Source: a bacterium | Lineage (GTDB): Bacteria; Electryoneota; Electryoneia; Electryoneales; Electryoneaceae | DNA: 64,000 nucleotides | Assembly (NCBI GenBank): GCA_963669175.1 | Contig: OY769902.1 | Location: 1,472,001 to 1,536,000 of the forward strand | Reading direction: 5' to 3' | Shown: positions 30,572-38,694 of the stretch, one piece after another | How the letters are laid out: the number at the start of each line of letters is the position of its first letter | Position numbering within the stretch: position 1 is the first letter of the stretch | Translations under genes and position numbers: made by a program | The notes under the pieces: model-generated | Told to the model about the DNA's origin: nothing | Seen by the model: only the letters and a program-made list of their open reading frames with translations | Databases searched by the model: none

Positions 30572-30967
30572 CTGTCTCTTGCTCACATCTTCGTGTTTCT
30601 GCCACCCCAGAGGGGGTGGTATATTTTAGCGTAGGGTTGACGCTGTCTGTTTAGCGTCTACCCTACGAAAAAGATCAAACCTTATCTCAACCCTGGAAGG
30701 GTTGCATAACGTATAATTTACACCCAATTGGTTTGTATAGAATATAAAATGCGTTATTTCCTGTATTTATTGAACGTACTAATATGAATCGCGTATTATG
30801 CAACCCTTCCAGGGTTGATTATTCGTTAGAATACCTGACATAGTGTACAGGCCAAACAGACGGCCTGTACACTATGCTAAAATAGGGAATCCCGCCGGGA
30901 TTCTAAAAATGCTATGTCCACAACTCTTTTACTGATACAGCTTTCAGAAGATGTGGGTAAGAGACAG
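30572..30967. mobile_element. IS50/Tn5-like (IS4 family) non-autonomous element, 396 bp, 10-bp TSD GGCTTTAGCC
   Basis: Ends CTGTCTCTTGCTCACATCT / AGATGTGGGTAAGAGACAG; GGCTTTAGCC at 30562-30571 and 30968-30977. Confidence 0.85.
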
Positions 30968-31038
30968 GGCTTTAGCCGGGGTGGAAAAGGATGCCCACTC
31001 AGATGAGCGCGCTTTAGCGTGCTTTCCGGTTCAAGGCC

Positions 31039-31470
31039 CTACATCTGCCCGGAATTTTCCAGAATCTCTCTTAGCGTCTTTGTGCGGTGGTGTTCTTTTT
31101 GATTGTGAACATATTCTAAAATAAAATCAAGGTGTTTCTCGGCAAAACTAACCACACCAAATCCACGTTGCCACCTCAATGTGTTTTGGCCAAATCTTTT
31201 ATTTAGTGAGTGCGCTGAAGCCCCTTTCAGTTTCCCTACAAAAGTACTGATCTCAACATGTGGCTCAAGTTGTATCACAAGATGTATATGAGTCGATGTC
31301 CCACCTAATCCCTTGAAATGAACCCCCTTGTTCATTACACAATGGTCTTTAAGGAATTCAAACAAAGGTTCCTCGATTGAAGATGTGATGCATGGCTCGT
31401 CTGCCAGACAATGCCATGTGATATGGAGAAAGATGCGATTGTAAACGTGACTTTGCCCTTTATCTGACAT
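31039..31470 (-). CDS. tnpA: IS200/IS605-family Y1 (HUH) transposase, RAYT-like
   Basis: LHITW, THIHLV (HUH), KLKGAS, WQRGFG..S, YVHNQKEHH catalytic Tyr. Confidence 0.92.
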   Translation of the reverse strand: MSDKGQSHVYNRIFLHITWHCLADEPCITSSIEEPLFEFLKDHCVMNKGVHFKGLGGTSTHIHLVIQLEPHVEISTFVGKLKGASAHSLNKRFGQNTLRWQRGFGVVSFAEKHLDFILEYVHNQKEHHRTKTLREILENSGQM

Positions 31471-31594
31471 TGGGTATTCTCCCCGGAAAGCACACTAAAG
31501 CGCGCTGATTATTGTTTTCCATACCCTGACACCCCGGCTAAAGCCAGGTGCTAAAAAGAGCCTGCTGAAGCAGGCTAATCCTCCGCAAGGAGAG

Positions 31595-31845
31595 GATTTA
31601 TCAGTGGTTCTTGTTGTGCTACTCTCAACTACATGATTTATAAGTGGTCTCTATTTGGCTACTCCAACTCAACTACATGATTTATCAGTGGTCTCTATTT
31701 GGCTACTCCAACCAACTACATGATTTATAAGTGGTCCTGATTTAGCTACTCCAACCAACTACATGATTTATCAGTGGTCTCTATTTGGCTACTCCAACCA
31801 ACTACATGATTTATCAGTGGTCTCTATTTGGCTACTCCAACTTAA
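31595..31845 (+). repeat. Tandem array of 6 x ~43-bp units
   Basis: GATTTATCAGTGGTCTCTATTTGGCTACTCCAACCAACTACAT; no unique spacers. Confidence 0.9.
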
Positions 31846-31971
31846 ATGCAGGATTGGTCAGCAATATGTGTCTGGCTAGTCCCATCACAAGAACAGAAAT
31901 AACAGCAGTCTGAACTGCTAATTCGGGCTAAAACTCGGACCCATTATTATCAAGAAATTGACAAAGGTTCC

Positions 31972-33072
31972 TTACCTCGTCAGCACAATCTTTCCCGAGG
32001 ACAACCCGGTAACCTGCCAGGTATTTTTTCCGGACGTGAACCCGTCCAGCGCTTCCGCGAGGATTTCCGCTCGTCCTTCCACATCTACGATACAGGTAAA
32101 GGTGCCGTCCATCAACCCCTGCTCGGTGACACCCTTTACGAAGGACTGTTCCTCAAGAAAGGTCATCAACACTTTCCGGTCCTTGAAGGTCGCATCGTTC
32201 ATGACCACTTCCACCGGTAGCGTGTTGCTTTGTTGCAGGGACCATGTCTGCACGACATCGTTCACCAGTGACTGTACCGCCTTCTGCGCTGCCTGCTCCA
32301 GGGCGTTGGCGCCCGCTACGGAAGCGTTGATGTGATACGAAGATCCGATCTCGTGATGAGAAGCCAGCACCGCACGAGTATCCGCTCGATAGACCCGCAC
32401 CTCCGCCACTGCCTGCACCGACGTCATGTTCGCCGCAGTAAGCGCGCTGGGAGCGCTGGCTTCTTCTGCAATCGCTGATCCGGCGAAAATCAGATCCGCA
32501 CCGGAAGCATCAAAGGAACCGTCATCCCCGGATAACGCGCCCAGCACACTCTCGGTGCCGCCTGCGTCTTTTCCCTGGATCACGTTGAACCCCAGCTCCA
32601 GCAACTCCTCGGTCACGGTGTTTTCCACGATACGTGAACCGCTTTCGCCAAGGCTTTCCTCGTTGATCGCCACCAGCACTCGTGGTTTGCTCATCCAGGA
32701 CAGCAGCAATTCCATGGCCATACGGTCACGCAGGACTTCATCGAGAATGTCACCTACAATCGCACGAATCCGAATGCCGACCATGCCTTCCGCTGGGTGC
32801 GTCTCCTGCACCACGTCATACGACTGGACATACCCCATGGAACGAGTCAGGATAACATCGGAAAACAAGGCGTAGTTCTTGACCACAGTTTCACTGGCGA
32901 TGACCAGCCCGACAGCACGTTCTACGGCATCCCGTTTCGCAGCTTCGACAGCCAGCTCTTTGGTCTCGCCATAGCCCATCCCTTCAACGGTTTGAAGGTC
33001 AGCCAAGGCCAATGAGGAAAGAATACAAAGGGCCAAAACAGCCCCAAGTACATGAATATATGTACGGATCAT
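31972..33072 (-). CDS. Exported protein with FlgT-N/LPP20-like N-terminal domain
   Basis: Signal peptide; AVEAAKRDAVERAVGLVIASETVV..GYVQSYDVV. Confidence 0.7.
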   Translation of the reverse strand: MIRTYIHVLGAVLALCILSSLALADLQTVEGMGYGETKELAVEAAKRDAVERAVGLVIASETVVKNYALFSDVILTRSMGYVQSYDVVQETHPAEGMVGIRIRAIVGDILDEVLRDRMAMELLLSWMSKPRVLVAINEESLGESGSRIVENTVTEELLELGFNVIQGKDAGGTESVLGALSGDDGSFDASGADLIFAGSAIAEEASAPSALTAANMTSVQAVAEVRVYRADTRAVLASHHEIGSSYHINASVAGANALEQAAQKAVQSLVNDVVQTWSLQQSNTLPVEVVMNDATFKDRKVLMTFLEEQSFVKGVTEQGLMDGTFTCIVDVEGRAEILAEALDGFTSGKNTWQVTGLSSGKIVLTR

Positions 33073-33253
33073 GGTTACTCCCCGAATTGGGCGCCCACCC
33101 TTCTACGGGATTGTGAGGATACTATAGCGAAATATGGGCTCATTCTCATAGGTAATACAAGGGGGTTATTCTCGCGGAAACCTTTTTACACGAGTATTTA
33201 TGATCGTGTGGCCCAACGCTCGCTGTCGGGATTTCCAACCCGGCCAGGCCGCC

Positions 33254-33892
33254 TGGCCCGACTGCTTGCTGTCGGGATCTCCGCTTCCGTCTAATTGCAG
33301 ACGAGATTTCGCTACTTGTGATGAAAGATCGAGCGGTTTTCACTGGAATGCATGGCCCGATTTGCCGGTGGGTGATTCGGAGTTCGTAGAAAACCTTCTA
33401 TGAGTGAGAGTTATGCGTTACATGTGAGCTTTATGAGCAAGTCGGGCAAGATGAATCAAAACGACATGCGGACTTACTTCTCGTTTTAGAATAGACCACC
33501 GCCGGACAACCGCCTTCGCAAGCTACGGCGGTTTCAAGCCGTCGGGGCCAATAGTGTCGCGTGGCCCGACTGCTTGCTGTCGGGATCTCCGCTTCCGTCT
33601 AATTGCAGACGAGATTCCGCTACTTGTGATGAAAGATCGAGCGGTTTTCACTGGAATGCATGGCCCGATTTGCCGGTGGGTGATTCGGAGTTCGTAGAAA
33701 ACCTTCTATGAGTGAGAGTTATGCGTTACATGTGAGCTTTATGAGCAAGTCGGGCAAGATGAATCAAAACGACATGCGGACTTACTTCTCGTTTTAGAAT
33801 AGACCACCGCCGGACAACCGCCTTCGCAAGCTACGGCGGTTTCAAGCCGGCGGGGCCAATTGATCGTTTGGCCCGACTGCTTGCTGTCGGGA
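33254..33892 (+). repeat. ~308-bp direct tandem duplication delimited by TGGCCCGACTGCTTGCTGTCGGGA palindromes
   Basis: 33254-33561 nearly identical to 33562-33868; third palindrome at 33869; inverse copy at ~40634-40658. Confidence 0.92.
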
Positions 33893-34012
33893 ACTGGACA
33901 GGAAATCGCGTGGCCCGACTCCCCGCGAAGGCGGGGATCACTGTCGGGTTTCATAAAAATTTGTCTCTCACGGGAGTAGTATTCCGTGAAAAAGGATACG
34001 TATCTTTCAATG

Positions 34013-34029
34013 CCTACTAAAATAGTAGG
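34013..34029. promoter_or_regulatory. Rrf2-type operator palindrome
   Basis: CCTACTA-AAA-TAGTAGG, 23 nt upstream of the Rrf2 ATG. Confidence 0.65.
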
Positions 34030-34052
34030 GTTTGAACGGGAAAGGGTGTCGC

Positions 34053-35147
34053 ATGATTACCAGCAGAGCACGATACGCGTTGAAAACCATGCTTCATCTC
34101 GCACGAGCGGATTCGGGGCAACTGGTGCAGGCCAACGATATCGCGGACGAGGAGCATATCCCAATCAAGTTTCTCGAGCAGATCCTGATTGATTTGCGTC
34201 GGGCGGGATTGGTCAGCAGTACACGTGGACGTTATGGCGGATACCAGCTTGCTGCACCTGCGAAGGATATTTTGCTGCTTCGTATTCTGCGAGCAATAGA
34301 CGGCCCGGTAGCGCCGTTGTCCTGCTTGAGTCAGACGGCATATGTAGCCTGTACGGATTGTGACGACGAAGAGCTGTGCGGAGTGCGTAATCTCATGGAG
34401 GGCGCGTACAAAGCCAGTATACGATACATGGAGAATACCACACTTGCGGATGGTATTGTCGGAAGGGGCAGAAAGATGAGTACAAACAACGATGGTGAAG
34501 CGTTTGGCTGGAAGCTTGATGATTGGGGATTCCTGGAGAACTTCAACCACTGGGATCGTGATTTTGCCCAGGCGATGGCGGAACGTATCGGCATGCCGGA
34601 CAAGTTGAGCGATAAGCAGTGGGGGGTACTGGAGTATATCCGGTCGTTTTTCCGTTCCAACGGGCAGTGTCCGTTGGTCTTTCAAACCTGTCGTGCAAAC
34701 AAACTGCGGTTACGTGAATTTAACCAGTTGTTCCCATCCGGGTATTTACGCGGGGCATGCAGGCTTGCCGGGTTGACCTATACGGCTGGGTATCCCACGT
34801 ACGCGATCCTGACCCAATATGTGGATGGCCCGGAAGAAGCGGATGACATTCTGGCGCAGTTCAAGCTGGACGACTACGGTTTTCTGCTTGATGCGGAGTC
34901 ATGGAATCGCAGCTTCGCTACAGCCATGACCACGCGACAGGGCGGCAAGGTTCCGTTGACGGATGCGCAGTGGCGAGTATTGGAGTATATGCGGGAAAAG
35001 TATACGGCGAACGCTGTTGTGCCGACGGTAATTCAGACCTGTGAAGATCTGGAGCTTGAGCTGGATGATCTGGAAGATCTGTTCCCTGCGGGCTATAACC
35101 GTGGCGCGGTACGTTGTGCCGGACTCAGACCCGCGACGGGAGGATGA
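34053..35147 (+). CDS. Rrf2 family regulator fused to two TusE/DsrC-like domains
   Basis: RYALKTMLHLA..FLEQIL..STRGRYGGYQLA..IDG + C-x8-C-x2-C-x5-C; two LDDxGFL...W..LEYxR...LFPxGY.RGA.R.AGL repeats. Confidence 0.85.
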   Translation: MITSRARYALKTMLHLARADSGQLVQANDIADEEHIPIKFLEQILIDLRRAGLVSSTRGRYGGYQLAAPAKDILLLRILRAIDGPVAPLSCLSQTAYVACTDCDDEELCGVRNLMEGAYKASIRYMENTTLADGIVGRGRKMSTNNDGEAFGWKLDDWGFLENFNHWDRDFAQAMAERIGMPDKLSDKQWGVLEYIRSFFRSNGQCPLVFQTCRANKLRLREFNQLFPSGYLRGACRLAGLTYTAGYPTYAILTQYVDGPEEADDILAQFKLDDYGFLLDAESWNRSFATAMTTRQGGKVPLTDAQWRVLEYMREKYTANAVVPTVIQTCEDLELELDDLEDLFPAGYNRGAVRCAGLRPATGG

Positions 35148-35489
35148 GTCATTAAAAGCTTTTTTATTGGCCTCACTGGCTTGAGACTGCTGCAGCCTAC
35201 GACACTGTTGGCCCCGTCGGCTTGAAACCGCCGAAGCTTGCGAAGGCGGTTGTCCGGCGGTGGTCCACTAGTTATGTAGCGATACTCTAAAAAAAATGTC
35301 GCATCATGTCATCCCCGAGCTTGACCGGGGATCTCGAAGTTTTGCTGTCCTATGCAACATCATTTAAGCAACCCACTATAAGTCGAACCTTCAGTAGTCT
35401 TCTTTCAGGAAACCCGACAGTGATCCCCGCCTTCGCGGGGAGTCGGGCCTGGCGGCTTTTGTGCTTCGAACCTCGAGATCCCCGATCAA

Positions 35490-35586
35490 GTCGGGGATGA
35501 CATGAGTGAGTCGGGGATGAAATGAGTGAGTCGGGGATGACATGAGTGAGTCGGGGATGAAATGAGTGAGTCGGGGATGAAATGAG
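35490..35586 (+). repeat. Tandem array of 5 x 20-bp units growing out of a REP end
   Basis: GTCGGGGATGA(C/A)ATGAGTGA. Confidence 0.9.
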
Positions 35587-35642
35587 AGTGGCGTGTAGCC
35601 CGGTGTGCTTGCACCCGGGATTTGCTTTAGTGTCATGCAAGA

Positions 35643-35673
35643 AAAAGCCGATCCACATTCATGGATCGGCTTT
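35643..35673 (-). terminator. Terminator after apgM
   Basis: AAAGCCGATCCA-CATTCA-TGGATCGGCTTT. Confidence 0.75.
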
Positions 35674-35700
35674 GAATTTCTCAATCCAAAATAAATACTC

Positions 35701-36903
35701 TTACGCCCCGAACTTGGTCAGCTTGTCCGCGTGGGCCAGGGCGATGGGCAGCATGTGCATCATGGGCATACGTCCAAGGCCACCGGTAATGCAGGCGGTC
35801 TCGCCGAATTCGGTCGCCGTATCAGTGCGGACATTGTTCCCCCAGATCAGCACCGGGACCGGATGCCAGGAATGGCCCGCCATCGTAGCCGGGGTGGAAT
35901 GATCACCGGTAATGATCAGCACATCTGGTTTGGACTCCAGAATCGCCGGAACTGCGGCGTCAAATTCTTCCACTGCCTCCACCTTCGCATCGAAGTTACC
36001 ATCTTCGCCACGTGCATCGGTGTACTTGTAGTGGACGTAAAAGAAGTCATAATTCTCACGGTTCTCGCCGACCGCTTTGCAACGATTGACCAGGCTTGGA
36101 TCCTGGTTGATCACGCTCATGCCAACAAGCTTGGCCAGCCCACGATACATCGGGTAGTCGGCCAAAGCCGCCGCCTTCAGGCCGAAACGGTCCGCCATGG
36201 AAGGAATCGGCGCCTTGGAGGCAAACCCACGCAACAATACGCCATTGGCTTTGGCCTGTTCGGCCAGGATATGCTTGGCCTGTGCGGAGAAATCATCCAT
36301 CAGGCGCGCGGTACGTGCCGCATTTTCCGCCAATGGCTTGCATTTGAGCGGGGGAACGCCTGTCTTCTGCGGGTCAGTGTCCATCAGCTTGGCATCGAGC
36401 TTCTCGCCACGCATGACGATCAGGAAACGGTGATCCTTCACCGAACGCACGAACACCTGGACATCACCTAGGTTGATCTGTTCTTCCAGCAGTTTACACA
36501 GGGGTTCGGATTCTGAGGTCGGGATACGTTGGGCACGGCGGTCGGTCACATTGCCATCAGCGTCCAGCGTACAGAAGTTGCCACGAGCTGCGACATCGCC
36601 TTCCCGGATATCAAACCCGGTTCCCAGGGCTGCCAGGAGCCCACGTCCCACATTGTTCTCTATCGGGTCGTAGCCGAACAGCGCCAGGTGCGCCGGACCG
36701 CTGCCGGGAGTGATGCCGGGGCCGATTGGGTCCAACAAGCCCAGGGCGCCTTCTTTCGCCAGTTTGTCCAGGTTCGGGGTTTTGGCGGTTTCGAGTTCCG
36801 TCTTTCCGCCCGGGGTCTGGGGCAACCCACCCAAGCCATCGGCGATCATTAAAACAATTCGCTTGTCAGAGCTGACAATCTGGTTTTCTGTAATCAGACG
36901 CAT
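35701..36903 (-). CDS. apgM: 2,3-bisphosphoglycerate-independent phosphoglycerate mutase (ApgM type)
   Basis: DGLGG, TPNLD, PGSGPAHLALFGYDP, DARGEDG, TGDHSTP, HSWHPVP. Confidence 0.93.
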   Translation of the reverse strand: MRLITENQIVSSDKRIVLMIADGLGGLPQTPGGKTELETAKTPNLDKLAKEGALGLLDPIGPGITPGSGPAHLALFGYDPIENNVGRGLLAALGTGFDIREGDVAARGNFCTLDADGNVTDRRAQRIPTSESEPLCKLLEEQINLGDVQVFVRSVKDHRFLIVMRGEKLDAKLMDTDPQKTGVPPLKCKPLAENAARTARLMDDFSAQAKHILAEQAKANGVLLRGFASKAPIPSMADRFGLKAAALADYPMYRGLAKLVGMSVINQDPSLVNRCKAVGENRENYDFFYVHYKYTDARGEDGNFDAKVEAVEEFDAAVPAILESKPDVLIITGDHSTPATMAGHSWHPVPVLIWGNNVRTDTATEFGETACITGGLGRMPMMHMLPIALAHADKLTKFGA

Positions 36904-36936
36904 AGTGTATCTCCTTCATCCGGTTCTGCCGGAATA

Positions 36937-38535
36937 TCACCGCTTTTTACGGTTCTTCTTTTTGTCGGACTTCGGTTTGACCTTGCTCAACTCATCACCG
37001 AACAAATCGCCTAAAGTTCCCTTTTTCGGCTGCTCTTTCAGGTTACGGCGATGATTGAAGCAGTTCGACAGTCTCAGCGAGTAAAACACGCAGCTTTTGT
37101 CCAGGCATTTGTCGTCCGGACAATAGGGTTCTGGGAGCTTCTTCTCCGGTTGAACGGCACAGGAGACGATCTCGATCAGTTCCGGGTACGTGAAGGCAGT
37201 ACGCGCCACATCCGGCGCTTTCTGGCTGCCACGGTTGAGCAGTTGCAGTGATGGATGCAGGAACCAGCCGCCAACCATACCGACTCCGTCCACATTATCC
37301 AGCTTGGGCCGTTTGCCGCGCTTGATCAGCTCTGCCAGCCGCAATGTTGCCGCGACCTGCTTCAGGTCGAGGCGTGGATTGCCATCCGGCTTCAGTCCGG
37401 CCTGTACGGTTACATTGCCAGTACCGGGATCAAAATAGAGGACTGCATGATTGCCACGGCGATAACGCGCCGCCTTGATCACCAGGCCATTACGGCTGGC
37501 GATGGCAAGCAGTGTCCCGCCACGTCCACGAATAACACGTGCGCTACGCTTGACTTCATCCAGTGCGCCGAACCAGTCAGCTTCACGCTGGACGGCAGCT
37601 TTTATCAAGGTGAACGCTGCCTGACGGAACTCGTCGCTGTCTTCGCCATACAGCAGGCTCAAGCCATGCAGAGCGGCAGGAAGGAGGACACGCTGCTCGT
37701 CTTCCTTCTCCGGTAGTGACAGGTAATCGCCGGCCAACAAGCGGGCATCGGTACGAAGCAGCTTCTCAAGCTCACGCTTCCGTTCCCAGCCATTCGCCCG
37801 TGCGTTGGTATGCGCCACGCCTTCCGTGGGCCAGGTATCGGTCTCCTGGCGGTCATACTCACTCAACGGCTGATAATCGCCATCGAAGAAAGCCGCAAGG
37901 GTACGGTCAAACAGCCCGGCATAGGCCTGCAAGTCGATGTTATCACCCTCGGCATGTTTCGCCAAGCCATCGATCAGCGGAACCAGGGCGTTGATGACTT
38001 TCTCATCATCCTCGAGCAAACGATGCAGGCCATCTAGCAGGCTGTGCGGCGCCAACAGGTGATGAGTCGCATCCTTGCTGGTCAGCGATCGCCCCTGGGT
38101 GTCCTGGTAGAGGGTAAACGGCAGGATGAACCGGTACCGGTTGTCCTCGTTTACCGTCAGTGCCTTGGCTACCATCTCGGCGGCGCAGGTGTCCCATTTC
38201 TCTTCGTTCAATTCACCTTGAACCGGGTGGTTATCAAAACGGCCGCCACCGGTATCAACAGCCAACAAACCTTCTTTCTCCAATTCATCGGCAGTTTTAC
38301 CGCGTGGAAGGGTATTGGCGGAAACGAACTCAAGTTTCGCGTCCGTGACACCGGGGAAATGGGTTTCACCGTGCTTACGTAACAAATAAACGCTCAACCC
38401 CGCATCGAGGTCGGGATGTGCGTGCGTCAACAACGTGTTGACTTCTATCGGGTTCTGGGGTGCAGTTGTCATGCCGAGTAAGCTAGCGAAGTGAGTCGAT
38501 AAACGCAATGACTCCCCCGGCTTGCCGGACAACAT
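36937..38535 (-). CDS. Hypothetical protein, possible DHH/MYG1-like phosphoesterase fold
   Basis: THAHPDLD, VDTGGGRFDNH, CAAEMV; C-terminal Cys cluster; start uncertain (38472 possible). Confidence 0.55.
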   Translation of the reverse strand: MLSGKPGESLRLSTHFASLLGMTTAPQNPIEVNTLLTHAHPDLDAGLSVYLLRKHGETHFPGVTDAKLEFVSANTLPRGKTADELEKEGLLAVDTGGGRFDNHPVQGELNEEKWDTCAAEMVAKALTVNEDNRYRFILPFTLYQDTQGRSLTSKDATHHLLAPHSLLDGLHRLLEDDEKVINALVPLIDGLAKHAEGDNIDLQAYAGLFDRTLAAFFDGDYQPLSEYDRQETDTWPTEGVAHTNARANGWERKRELEKLLRTDARLLAGDYLSLPEKEDEQRVLLPAALHGLSLLYGEDSDEFRQAAFTLIKAAVQREADWFGALDEVKRSARVIRGRGGTLLAIASRNGLVIKAARYRRGNHAVLYFDPGTGNVTVQAGLKPDGNPRLDLKQVAATLRLAELIKRGKRPKLDNVDGVGMVGGWFLHPSLQLLNRGSQKAPDVARTAFTYPELIEIVSCAVQPEKKLPEPYCPDDKCLDKSCVFYSLRLSNCFNHRRNLKEQPKKGTLGDLFGDELSKVKPKSDKKKNRKKR

Positions 38536-38694
38536 CGAGACTTACACTGATTGGCTGAATCTCGGGAGAATGTAGTTGGGAAAAGGGAAACCCGAATGTT
38601 ATATTTTCCTAATTTTTCTAATCCCTATTATCACGTCGTGTGCTGAAGTATATTGTCACCTTACAGGTGCGGAGAACCGGCAACGGAGCTACTC

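Larger units (their letters stand above)
30529..31578. repeat. Inverted REP clusters bracketing the Y1 transposase
   Basis: TTAGCACCCGGCTTTAGCCGGGGT (interrupted) / ACCCCGGCTAAAGCCAGGTGCTAA and GCGCGCTTTAGCGTGCTTTCCGG / CCGGAAAGCACACTAAAGCGCGC. Confidence 0.8.

Noticed and set aside
30572-30967. Nextera adapter contamination
   Set aside because: Both ends differ from the ME at 2-3 central positions, face each other as IRs and are flanked by a target duplication.
31595-31845. Possible CRISPR array
   Set aside because: Units are contiguous with no unique spacers, and there are no cas genes; the same applies to the 20-bp and 16/17-bp arrays.
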